Part shown: in pieces, positions 1-17,276 of the stretch | How positions within the stretch are numbered: the first letter of the stretch is position 1 | Layout: each line of letters opens with the position of its first letter | Assembly (NCBI GenBank): GCA_020137815.1 | Contig: CM035355.1 | Location: 2,294,001 to 2,358,000, forward strand | Direction of reading: 5' to 3' | Origin: Hormiphora californensis | Taxonomy: Eukaryota; Animalia; Ctenophora | Length of the DNA: 64,000 nucleotides | Notes under the pieces: generated by a model | Seen by the model: the letters and a program-made list of their open reading frames with translations, nothing else | What the model was told of the DNA's origin: nothing | Databases searched by the model: none | Translations under genes and position numbers: made by a program

Positions 1-691
1 GTGGTAGCTCACTCGGTGATAGGAGGGTGAGATTCCTTCCCACGCCCTTGAGATGCAGGCCGCGGCTAATGTCTACTTTTTTGGATAGCAATAGTGTCCT
101 ACAGACCAGGCAGGGAATCTTCAGGGGTGACCCGGCATACCCCGGGGTAAACCATGAAGCTCTTGAACTGCCTGGAGCATCTCACATACCACTCCAAGGA
201 AACAGAGCTGCCCTCCTTGGGTGGTGTGTTTTTCTCTCTTCCTTTCTCTAATCCGCTCATGACTCATCTCTCTCTGAATAGAGATACCCCCCGGCCGGTA
301 TTACACCATCTCCCCAGCCTTGTGCACTGGGCCAAAGTAGGTGGCTAAATACCGGCCAAAACCCGTCCTCCAGCAAAAGTCCAGGCTGGAGGAGGTCTAA
401 TCTCAACTGGCCATCCTCTACCTTCTGTCCACCTAGCCTCTGGACAGGTATAAAAGGTCTAACAAGCTAGGTCATAACTGGTTAGCTACCACCGTTTCTG
501 GAATTGCTATCACTGATGTTGTATCCAAACTTAGAAGTATAACTCTCTCCTTCTTCTTTTTCACGTGTACAGCAGCAGCCAGAAGCACCTATATACGGAT
601 AGACAGGCAGGCTGAGTCAGGGCGGACTCACTTACACAAAACGTAAGCAAACAAATCAACAAGAAAGCTTTGATTGTAGTTCCTTCTTCCT

Positions 692-696
<5 letters not shown>

Positions 697-787
<91 letters not shown>

Positions 788-835
788 TGAGTGAGAAAGA
801 GAGACAAAGAGAAAAAGAGAGAGAGAGAAAGAGAG
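697..835. repeat. (GA)n microsatellite; similar CT/GA tracts at ~9877-10020, 14630-14730, 23398-23457, 33282-33400, 38684-38842, 51325-51540, 51845-52013, 60806-60906, 62452-62545
   Basis: Dinucleotide repeats seen directly. They generate the spurious ERER/SLSL ORFs in the track. Confidence 0.98.
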
Positions 836-2347
836 GGACTATTTTTAGCTACAACAAGCGTTATATATCTAACCAATACATATGTTAGTAAGTGCGGATT
901 TACTTCCCTCATCGCGTCTTCACACTCTCCCCGACAAGGCCATAAAATAGGTAATATGATAGCCCGCAGCTCTCAGTCCACAGAATCCCACATTATGTTT
1001 CTGATCAGTCTGGCCTGGAAATCATACTACTTACTATTCAAATTGTCAGTGCTACATCACCTAGCAACTACACCTGCACGTGCAATTATTAGAGCAACTT
1101 AGAAACCTCACTCCCAGTTGCAGTTTTGGGTACTAAGGGAAATTCAATTCTGCACGTGCATTCTTTTACTTTTGTCCTGATGTCTAACTCTTCAACCCCA
1201 AGCGCTATTCGGCAACGGTCATAGATGGGTCCGGAAGATCTGCTGCTGTCAGGGAGCAGGCTGGAGAATATGACAGATTACGCCAACGTGTTCAAGCCAG
1301 CCAATCAACGACTACTGATAGCTTTACCCAACGTCGCCCAAGGGTGATTACTCGAATCGAATATAGAAATCTCTGAATTGGCTACATAGCGGCCAAGTTT
1401 TCACGTGATGAGTTTCTGGAACAGCACTGTACCTCCCTGACATTGATCTCTTAAATTCGCACCTTGACATTGCCAGGAAGCCCAGAGCGTACAACAACAT
1501 GGGTAGTATGTATAGGGAGAAAGTGAGAGATAGGCTAGGAACGGATGGTGCAGGTGATGTCAGCGTTCCCTAATCCAGCTACCATTTCCCCGAAATTCGC
1601 CCGTAGGGCGAACGGGCCTGCTAGTATTAGTATATGCAAAAAAGAAAAGAGTGAAAAGTTTCTATATCGCTAGCTCGCGTTATTGCAGACCCCGTTTTAA
1701 TTCTCATTGCGCCGCTACCAGACAGCCATATCGGCATATATCGCCCCTCAGTCCCAGCCTTGGGTTCCCAGAACACCGTATAACCTTTCCGCGGTATTCC
1801 TCTTTTTCTTTTCTTGCAAAAGTTCTGCTGAGCTCAATCTCATTCTCTGTCGTGACCTGTATGGCGGCGCCATACCCCAGATGGGTCGCGGCGCCAGACA
1901 GGTCGTGACCGGCGTTGTATCACATTTTGAGCTGTGTGGAAAGACCTCTATGTTCTCTTTCTAACGAGCCCAGGATGAAGCAATTTGACCAAGAAATGAC
2001 TCAGTTATGGCCAAAAACGTATGCATTTGGTGCTAAAAAGTGTACAACTTTACCACTTTAACCCACAATTTTCCGACTTCTAATGCGCGTTATTGTTTTG
2101 CGCGCAACAAATTTTTTGAGCGCGCGCGACTTAAGTTTGAAAATTCGAAAATTAAAAAATCTTGAAATCTTGAAATTCGAAATTTCTCAAATTCGTTTTT
2201 TGATCTTTTTTTGAACAGTCGTTGAAAATCGCTGGCTTATCCGTTTGCCTTATCCTGCTTAGCATTTGTCAACAACAATCTTTCAGTCTCTTTGTGAAAA
2301 GCTCACTTCTTTGGCTTGGGATGCGCTGCAGCGGGCAGCCCAATCAG

Positions 2348-2915
2348 CAGGGGCGAAGCAAGGCTGGGTCCATTGGGTCCAGGACCCACTTTTTGGACGA
2401 GAGAGGACAGGGGCGGTGCGCGGCGTTCATTCACGAAAAAAAATTTGGGTCCAGCGCTGCAGAAAATGTAACGCGCGAGGTGGGTCTGGACCCTATTGGT
2501 CAATAGCGCTGCCGCAAAAGCTTTTTCTTGCGCGCATTCGTTTTTTCAATTGAAAATCTGCTCATTTTTTGTTTGTTTTTGCCGATTTTTTCACTTTTTA
2601 GCAAGTTTTCCCATTTTCTTCTCCTCTCTCGTCCAAAAAGTGGGTCCTGGACCCAATGGACCCAGCCTTGCTTCGCCCCTGAGAGAGGAGAAGAAAATGG
2701 GAAAACTTGCTAAAAAGTGCAAAAATCAGCAAAAAATTAACAAAAAAGTGACAAAAAATGAGCCGATTTTCAATTGAAAAAACGACTGTGCGCAAGAAAA
2801 AGCTTATGCGGCAGCGCTATTGACCAATAGGGTCCAGACCCAGCTCGCGCGTTACATTTTCTGCAGCGCTGGACCCAAGATTTTTTTCGTGAATGAACGC
2901 CGCGCACCGCCCCTG
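2348..2915 (+). mobile_element. Non-autonomous hAT-like MITE (outer copy)
   Basis: Termini CAGGGGCG...CGCCCCTG with 8-bp TSD CCAATCAG at 2340-2347 and 2916-2923. Confidence 0.85.
2408..2681 (-). mobile_element. Second copy of the same hAT-like MITE, nested in inverted orientation
   Basis: Its sequence is the reverse complement of the outer element. It has its own 8-bp TSD AGAGAGGA at 2400-2407 and 2682-2689. Confidence 0.85.
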
Positions 2916-3320
2916 CCAATCAGCCAGGGGCAGTGCCAGCCTGCAAGGCTTTCAGCCGTCGGATCATCACAAGTGCGACCCTGCAACGAGGGGCATGCAT
3001 CGATAACAACCCCTTGGCAGTCCCCACTTCTTAGGGATCCCTAAAGTCCATTTTTTCAACTGTTTACTGCCTTTTCGACTTGACTAATTTGGTTGAGGAA
3101 CAGGCCGTGAGAAAGTAGGAGACACTATATATAGTCCCTGGAAAATGACTAAGGCGGTTCAAGGTGCCCGCAGCCCAACTTTTACTGCTATTTTTGAAAA
3201 TTTGGTCCGCCTAATGTCTCCCAACATCTAAAACCAACCCAGCTACACACACTGGAAGCGTTTCCTGCTTGCTATGCTCCTGAAACTACCGATAACGCGC
3301 ATAACGGACCGCCTTTTCCA

Positions 3321-5298
3321 TTTTAACCTGCTTATCTCTTAGAAACTTTCCCACTTTGACCTCCTTATCTCTAAGAAACTTTCCCACTTTGACCTCCTAA
3401 TCTCTATGAAACTTTCCCATTTTGACTTCCTGATCTCTAAGAAACTTTCCCACTTTGACCTCCTTATCTTTAAGAAACTTTCCCACTTTGACCTCCTAAT
3501 CTCTAAGAAACTTTCCCATTTCAACCTCCTAATCTCTAAAAAACTTTCCCACTTTGACCTCCTTATCTCTAAGAAACTTTCCCACTTTGGTCTTTGACCT
3601 CCTTTTCTCTAAGAAACTTTCCCACTTTGACCTCCTTATCTCTAAGAAACTTTCCCACTTTGACCTCCTTATCTCTAAGAAACTTTCCCACTTTGACCTC
3701 CTTATCTCTAAGAAACTTTCCCACTTTGACCTCCTTATCTCTAAGAAACTTTCCCACTTTGACCTGCTTATCTCTAAGAAACTATCCCACTTTGACCTCC
3801 TTATCTCTAAGAAACTTTCCCATTTTGACCTCCTAATCTCTAAGAAACTTTCCCACCTTGACCTACTTATCTCTAAGAAACTTTCCCACTTTGACCTCCT
3901 TATCTCTAAGAAACTTTCCCATTTTGACCTCCTTATCTCTAAGAAACTTTCCCACTTTGACCTCCTTATCTCTAAGAAACTTTCCCACTTTAACCTCTTT
4001 ATCTCTTTGAAACTTTCCCACTTTGACCTCCTAATCTATAAGAAACTTTCTCACTTTGACCTCCTTATCTCTAATAAACTTTCCCACTTTGACCTCCTTA
4101 TCTCTAAGAAACTTTCCCATTTTAACCTCCTTATCTCTAAGAAACTATCCCACTTTGACCTCCTTAACTCTAAGAAACTTTCCCACTTTGACCTCCTTAT
4201 CTCTAAGAAACTTTCCCATTTTGACCTCCTTATCTCTAAGAAACTTTCCCACTTTGACCTCCTAATCTCTAAGAAACTTTCCCACCTTGACCTCCTTATC
4301 TCTAAGAAACTTTCCCACTTTGACCTCCTTATCTCTAAGAAAGTTTCCCATTTTGACCTCCTTATCTCTAAGAAACTTTCCCACTTTGACCTCCTTATCT
4401 CTAAGAAACTTTCCCCTTTTAACCTCCTTATCTCTAAGAAACTATCCCACTTTGACCTCCTTATCTCTAAGAAACTTTCCCACTTTGACCTCCTAATCTC
4501 TAAGAAACTTTCCCACCTTGACCTCCTTATCTCTAAGAAACTTTCCCACTTTGACCTCCTTATCTCTAAGAAACTTGTCCCACTTTGACCTCCTAATCTC
4601 TAAGAAACTTTCCCATTTTAACCTCCTTATCTCTAAGAAACTTTCCCATTTTAAACTCCTTATCTCTAAGAAACTTTCCCACTTTGACCTCCTAATCTCT
4701 AAGAAACTTTGCCATTTTGACCTCCTTATCTCTAAGAAACTTTCCCACTTTGACCTCCTTATCTCTAAGAAACTTTCCCACTTTGACCTCCTAATCTCTA
4801 AGAAACTTTCCCACTTTGACCTCCTTATCTCTAAGAAACTTTCCCACTTTGACCTCCTTATCTCTAAGAATCTTTCCCACTTTGACCTCCTAATCTCTAA
4901 GAAACTTTCCCACCTTGACCTCCTTATCTCTAAGAAACTTTCCCACTTTGACCTCCTTATCTCTAAGAAACTTTCCCATTTTGACCTCCTTATCTCTAAG
5001 AAACTTTCCCACTTTGACCTCCTTATCTCTAAGAAACTTGTCCCACTTTGACCTCCTTATCTCTAAGAAACTTTCCCACTTTGACCTCCTAATCTCTAAG
5101 AAACTTTCCCACTTTGACCTCCTTATCTCTAAGAAACTTTCCCACTTTGACCTCCTTATTTCTAAGAAACTTTCCCACTTTGACCTCCTTATCTCTAATA
5201 AACTTTCCTACTTTGACCTCCTTATGGCTTATCTCTAAGAAACTTTCCCACTTTGACCTCCTAATCTCTAAGAAACTTTCCCATTTTAACCCCTAATC
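3321..5298. repeat. 33-bp minisatellite array (~60 copies), unit TTGACCTCCTTATCTCTAAGAAACTTTCCCACT
   Basis: Head-to-tail units with point variants and no unique spacers. Confidence 0.97.
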
Positions 5299-5461
5299 TC
5301 ATGGGTCGTAAGTTCACCTGTCCGTATTGTTTGTTCATTTATTGTGTACAGTTGATATTGTGAATGTAATTGACTATTCAATAATTAAGAGTAAGACAAG
5401 ACATAGCTTGAGAGTGTGGCGTGTGCCCCAGACAGACCAACATACGATAAATATCAAACCA

Positions 5462-5710
5462 GACCAAGACACTCTCAAAGGCAAAACGTTACCTACCCGA
5501 CCAAGACCCTCTCAAAGGCAAAAAGTTACCTTTTTTTCAATTCCAAGACCCTCTGAAAGGCAAAACGTTACCTACCCGACCAAGACCCTCTCAAAGGCAA
5601 AAAGTTACCTATTTTCAAGTCGAAGACCCTCTCAAAGGCAAAATGTTACCTACCCGACCAAGACCCTTTCAAAGGCAAAACGTTACCTATCGGACCAAGA
5701 TCCTCTCAAA
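5462..5710. repeat. Degenerate ~37-bp tandem repeat (CCAAGACCCTCTCAAAGGCAAAACGTTACCTACCCGA), about 6-7 copies
   Basis: Direct repeats seen, with two alternating variants. Confidence 0.85.
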
Positions 5711-6738
5711 TGTTCCAGAAATTTAAACCATGAGTCTCTTTCTCTCCCAGGGGAGAGAAAGGGACTCAGCGCCATTAGTTACCACATACCCGGGTTGGTA
5801 TGGAGGTTTGCTGAGCGTATCCCATGGTTTAGTGACAAACAAACAAACAAACAAACACTCTGCGTTTAATGTCTACTGTCTGTACCCATGAGAGGTGTTA
5901 TGATAGTTTTTGTTTTTGATAGCATCCACTGCTTTAGCTTCACCATTAGCTTTTCTATTCATTAGTATAGTCTTCATTTCTTCCTCAATTGATACATTAT
6001 ACAAGCTCCTCACACGGTGCAACCCTCTGCCTAAAGCTTATAATCTCCTTATCATCATTGTACAGGCGTTTTCTGATGTTTAATGTTCTTCGTTTGAAAT
6101 TCTTCGCATTACAACGATCTTTCTTCAAACCTTTGACAAAGGTAAAGCCTGTAATATCCAGTACTACCTGAAGTTCACCATCTCTCTCACCATTTCTCCA
6201 GTCGTGTCTCCTGCTTCAATACACATCTTTTCGAGCTTGTCCCAGTCTAAAAGTATGGTTTTCATTGGCAAGTAATGCAGCCTTTTGTTAGGAGCGAAGC
6301 TCCACTTGGTCAATTTCTCACTACCGGATGCCAGGAGACAGCCCGATTGCATTGTTGCACCGGGCCTCTTCACAATTCCCCAATTCTATAATTCCATCGC
6401 CCACTGAACTGCAGTGTAACGCGCGCAGTAACTTTAACGCCATAATATTGAGAGTACAGCAGTTCAGTATCACGCGCACACCATCATCTCACATCCGGAG
6501 CTACAGCTTCTGCAGGGTGTGTTGTATCACCAGCAGCTGTAAGTCTTCTGTTACCACGGTGGAACCACGCCTAACCACTTTGACTACCACCGGACTTGTG
6601 GGGGTGCTGCCCCTGCACCCTCACTAGTTTCACCCCAATACCCCCTGACCGAGGCTGACGCCACTACTGCCTAACCATTACAATATTCTAATTAGTATAG
6701 TTTTCTCACCCAATCTAACTAAACCCAATTCCATAGCC

Positions 6739-11562
<4,824 letters not shown>

Positions 11563-11807
11563 AGTGGGAGAGATGTTTTACACAGACGCTCATAACATAA
11601 ACTGATTATATTTGTTGAGTGTTTACTTTTTTTTACAAATATACAAGAATATTATATTGCGCTGGTATTCCCATGTTCAATGTTTATCCGCTCTATACTA
11701 TTTTATTTTATATGTGCATTCTTATATAACTTTGTAGGATTTAGGTAGCTAACCAATCTCTCTCTCTACCTCTAGCTAACCCATCTCTCTCTACCTCTAG
11801 CTAAAAG

Positions 11808-14618
11808 ATGGACGCACCATCACCCCTCCAATATGGTTCCATCGTCCACACAATGCGAGGTTCATTCCGTCCCAGTGCACCAAAACCCCGGGAAATGCCC
11901 ACATCAACACTTCGACCTGGGTTCTCGAAACTTCCACCCTTCCAGGAAAAACCCGATAATCAGCAGTTTGGAGGGGGTTGGCGGGGTCGTGGAGGAATGG
12001 CCAGGGGAGGAAATAACGATAATAGGGGTCGAGGGAATGGAGATATGGGTAGGGGTTTTAATGGTAGAGGAAGAGGAAACGGCAGAGGAGGGGGCAGCGA
12101 TAGGGGCAGAGGTGGCAGCAATAGGGGTGGCAGGGGTAACGGGAACAACAAAGATAACTCATCAAGGGGAGGATTCCAAAACAGGGGTAGTTCCAACAGG
12201 GGTAGATCCAATAATGGAAGATTTAATAATGGTAGATCTAACAGAGGAAACAACAGGGGAGGCAACAGAGGAAACAACAGGGGAGGCAACAATGGGGACC
12301 CCAACCAGGGATACCAACCCCCATCCCACATGGAGAGTGGGTATCAGCCAGGCTGGCCTCCCCGTCCCCCTGGAGGAATGAGGGGTACCCCACCTCCACT
12401 CGGAATGAGGGGTACCCCACCTCCACCACGAGGTGGGGCCTGGCCACGGACACCCCAACCCTGGGGAGATGGTTACCAAGCACCCACAAAATCCCTCCTA
12501 AACCCTGATTATCTAAAGGATGATTCTACACCTAAAACTGGTTCACTGTTGAACCCTGCCTATTTGAGGGATGATCTGAGAGATGACCCTAGTGAACCGG
12601 ACTACTTGAAAGTAGCGTTCCAACACCCACCTATTATGCCACCGGTACACCATCATTATTATGAGGGAGAAGTTCTGGAGGAGGATTTCTCAACAATGGA
12701 TTATCATGGTGATGGAACTGGTTATGTGGCTCCACCTACCTTTCCACCTGTTGTTGGGGTACCCCCACCATCTAGTGTTGTACCACCACAAATACCCTTT
12801 GAAGGTTTCCCAGCTCAAACCTCATCGTACAGCACCCCGTCCCTCTCTGTGGTACAGATTCCAACCACCCAGCCACCCCCACCCTCCTCGCAGCCACCAC
12901 CCTCATCTCAGCCACCGATGGAAAATAATACCGCAGTACAGAAAGTGTCAAGTCAGACTTTCAACCTGGCCCTGAGGACTCTTGCAGCAAGGCCGGTCGG
13001 AGAGGAAAACAGCACCACTAAAATTGATCCACAACAATTGTACCAGGCCGTGGATGAAGCAACGGCGATTGAGCACAAGATGGACCCTCAGGACGCGTTC
13101 GAACAGTTCCCGAATAGAGGAAAAAGAAGGAAGTTAGCTGCTCGAAGCAACACACACGCCTGTTTGATGGATCTTGTGGCACATGCTTTCCCTTCAACAG
13201 GTACAAGATCCAGGAATATTAGCAGTTATAGGAACATTAGCAGTTATATTTGGAGGGGGATTCGCAATCCTTTCCAGAATCTTTATTTCCCCTTCCCTTT
13301 AAAAAATATCTTTCTATTTTAATCCCCCATTTCCCAGAGTTTGAGTCGGTGAAGGAGAAAATGAACGAATGTGTTGTGGTGGCTAGAGTTAATAATATCG
13401 AGTTCTCTGGAAAAGGGTGCACAGTAATGAATGCTAACGAGAAAGCAGCAGAGAAGATCGCCAGAGCTTTCGAGGTTAGTGGTGTGTGATTGGATTTCTG
13501 ATACCCTTTGCTTTGGCATTTTCTCTTTTGTGTTGTAGCACTTTACTTGTTCGTTAGTGTACAATGTACATGTGGGACTATTTTGTAAGAACATATTATG
13601 TAATGACGAATGATCTAAATTTCAGATATTGGGTACATCCAAACCCGTCCAGACCAGCCCTGAAGCGATCGATAATAAGATGAGGAGAAAGTGTAGCAAC
13701 ATGGCCAAGAAAACGTGGTTTATCCCCAGTTTGTCGAATGTGAACTATCTTTACTGGACTTGTAGACTTGAAATCCAACGGGAATTCTTCGAAGGTATTA
13801 ATTATATTAGAGATCATGCACATGGTGACAAATGCCATTTGAATGGTTACAAATCTCACTTATTTTGGTCATGTATCAACTATCTGTCACCAATTATGAA
13901 CCCCCCCTCCCACATGATACAACAGTGTCATGTGTTCAATTAACCCTAAATATTAATCCAGGACAACACTCAATTGCTAAGATAGCCTACGAGATGGCTG
14001 CTGGCGCTGCAATACAAACACTACGCCCCCCTCACGAACAACCGAAGAAAGATAGAACAGGTGATAATCATCTTTTCCCTATTCCCTTTTTATGTACCCT
14101 ATTTATCTGGGCATACATTTTGCTATTCTGTCCCAGTAAAAAAGGAACCATTTCCCAAATCTCCTTCTTTTCCCCAAATTTTTATGTCCCATTCTTTCCC
14201 CCTGCAGTTGATAAGTCTAAGAACGAGGATGGTGTGAAACCTGCTGAAGGACCTGAGAACATTCTTTATGAGAAGTGTTGGCAGTTTTGTAAAGCTCTTA
14301 TAGAGGGAATTCCTGATCGGTGCACAAAGAAACATAGTCTAACGTGTGTTGCCAAGGTAACCAAGAAACATAGTCTAACGTGTGTTGCCAAGGTAACCAA
14401 GAAACATAGTCTAACCTGTGTTGCCAAGGTAACCAAGAAACATAGTCTAACATGTGTTTTCCTATTTTCTAGATAGTCGGGGAAGAGAGTGAGGTGGTTG
14501 CTGTAGGCTGTGGAAACAAAGTGATTGTACAGGGATCAGCAACCCGTGATGGTACTACCATCCGGGACTGCACTGGTATGTAGAAATATCTTTCTTCTAA
14601 GCTCTCCCTCTCTCTTTC

Positions 14619-14677
<59 letters not shown>

Positions 14678-16982
14678 CTATCTCTCACTCTCTCTCTATC
14701 TCTCACTCTCTCTCTCTCTCTCTCTATCTCTCACTACCCTCTCTGCCTCGCTGCCCGGTGCCCCCTTCTATCTCCCCCTCTCCATTCTCCAACTTCCCTA
14801 TCCTCATCCCCTTCCTCAGCCAACAGTCTGGTAGTAAGGAGTTTCCGAAGGTACCTACTCGACCAAATTACAGAATTGTGTCACGAACGAGAGAGCATCT
14901 TTTACGTTCCGGGAGGTACCAAACAAATCCAGGTATTCACCAGGAACCGACCGAAACAAGTAAACAACCAATCAGAACTCGGTATTTAGGTCACGTGACT
15001 GGTTATTAGCCAATCAGGGACCAGTATTTCCTGATTCGGTCGGTTCCTGGTATTCACCCAGTCTGAGAAACCCCCAACTCCCTCTGTTTGCCCCTTATGT
15101 CCCCTTCTGTGGCTCAATTCTTTAAGCCTCTCTCTCTAAACCCCTACATGCTCTCTTTCTCTAACATCTTTCTTTCTAACACTCTGCAACCCCCTCTCTC
15201 AGCTGAAAGAAGGCATCCGTTTTGTTCTTGTCCTGTCTGTGTCCCCGATGGGAGACTGCAAACTGTTCCAAGGTGATCAATATCAAGTGTACCGACACTG
15301 GGACCCTGCTGATGACACTACACTACCCAAATCTAAAAAGATCAAGGATCAGTATGTTGATTTTGATACCGAAATGCTTGGAAAGGTAACAACATCATGA
15401 GCTCTCTCTCCTACTTATCTTATTACTTGTCCCACTACCCCCGGGGTTAGTGGGGCAGTTGCAATTGTACCTCACCACCCCTACCCAACTATGTACTACT
15501 ACCCAGCTACCACCTACCCCTAGCACTCCACCTTTACAGTTGCAATTGTACCACCTCTCCCCCTTCCCCTTCCTCTCCCCTACCCCACTACTACAACCCC
15601 TAACTCTCCCCTCCCCAGTTGCAATTGTACCGACCCAACCCCACTACCGCTACCTGTACCTCATATCTCCCCTCCCCAGTTGCAATTGTACCGAAGGATG
15701 AAGTCCAATAAGGTGATGGATAATTGTCTCCAAGTAACCCCGGAAACAATGCCCTATGTTACTGACATTGTGTCCGCATCAGACAAGATAGCACTACGGA
15801 ATGCTGTTGGATATCAAGGAGCACTACTTTCAACACTTCTCCTATCTTCTATTAGATTTACTGATATTTATGTGTCAAGGTTGGTTGGGCCAGAACTCCT
15901 GAAAATGAAGCAGAATCTGTATTGTAACCGTAGTGCTACAACAAAGTAATACATCTTGTTTCTACTACAATAAATTAGTAAAGTTCCAAAAGTGCTAAAA
16001 CCCGAACTGTTCAGATCATTCCACGCGGAAGCACTAGAGCGTGGTCTTGTCGAGAGAGTCCGTGGATACATTCCCGATCCTCCACCCCGGATCCGCCAAG
16101 TCAAATGGAAGCCAGGCCGGATGGCTGATATGACTTGTGTTTATGGATTCATCTGGTCTCTGTCTCCACAGAACCCCCTACCCGTTGAGATCATCAGAAC
16201 AGATCTAGGTATGTAACATGTTTAGTGTTGTGTTTTCCGCGTTACTACGTGCAATGTCAGATACGGATTACGGTATGACCCAATTTCCCTCCCACTTGAT
16301 TTTCTAATCCAAGAGGCGGTACACCTTACTCAAGATTTGACTATCAGTTATTTCTCAAATATTTCTCTCCAGGCCGTGCGATATTGACCGAGTGTCTACA
16401 GGATGATGATCCTAGAAGTGAAGGGTATGTGGATAACAACTAATCCACCTAATTAATTAGTAATTGATTAATTAGTAATTGCTTTAGTTCCACCAATTCT
16501 CCCCTAAAACCAAATTTTCTTCGCAGGACACTTGATATAGAGGTAGAATCTGCTCTTCCCTCTCGATATAGCTCTTTGGAATACTATAAAGAGTTTTGTA
16601 AGGTTCAAAACCTTCTTGAGAGACCGGTATGTCGTACTAAAACACAAGGATTGTCCCTATACTAGAAATTAAGATACAACGGGCTCGACATAAATCCTCA
16701 TTGGTTTTTATACTGTTAATCTTTTGTGAGCTTCAATCAAACAGGCTTCTTTCGAGAATCCTGGAAGCTCTTAATTAAATAAGGAAGTGGGTAATTAGGC
16801 CACTAATGGGCGGTTAATTAGCTACACCAATTAGTTAATTATACCAATTACAGGTATCCCTGTTTCGTGTTACAAAGATCTCTGCGTACAACTATCAGAA
16901 GGAGAAACAAACAGTGAAGGATTTCTACAAATCAGCCGGAATGGGAACTTGGCCAAACAGAATTGACAAACTCAACTTTTAA
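11808..16982 (+). CDS. ADAR/ADAD-like protein 2: RGG/Pro-rich N-terminus, degenerate dsRBDs and a dead deaminase domain (multi-exon)
   Basis: Exon 1 is RGG/NRGG- and Pro-rich. dsRBD-like segment VVARVNNIEFSGKG...AAEKI. The deaminase reads VVAVGCGNK...RDCTANSLVVRSFRRYL, VSPMGDCKLF, SASDKIALRNAVGYQGALLS and ends AGMGTWPNRIDKLNF* (TAA 16980-16982). Confidence 0.87.
14941..15049 (+). mobile_element. 109-bp hAT-like MITE at the start of an intron
   Basis: TIR CAGGAACCGACCGAA...TTCGGTCGGTTCCTG with 8-bp TSD GTATTCAC at 14933-14940 and 15050-15057. Confidence 0.85.
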
Positions 16983-17276
16983 AATTAGTACTCAAACCAT
17001 ACCACATATTTATTTTTGATGGGTATAAATCAGCTAAGCATTGAAAAGCGTTTAACTTTATCAGCGTTATAACTATTTTATTTTTTGTTTTATTTTTGCT
17101 TGAAAGGGGCTCCGGGATGGCCAAACCCGTTACAATATTGTTACTACAGTTTGATGAGGATATTTATGTTTTTCTTTTTAAAAGTACCGTTTTGATGTCC
17201 CCAGTCTCCCCCCCCCCCCCATATTCCCGCCTGGATTACCACAACATCATAACAACACACCTTCTCTTTTCTTAGC

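Noticed and set aside
628-1102. ERER/SLSL ORFs here and elsewhere in the track
   Set aside because: They are translations of GA/CT microsatellites.
3321-5298. CRISPR array or LRR-like protein (ISKKLSHFDLL / LTSLSLRNFPT ORFs)
   Set aside because: Units are contiguous with no unique spacers, no cas genes are present and the context is eukaryotic. The ORFs arise from a 33-bp unit and are broken by frameshifts.
5930-6373. Minus-strand coding remnant upstream of the operon
   Set aside because: Interrupted by stops with no recognisable family motif. It may be a decayed retroelement, but I cannot support that.
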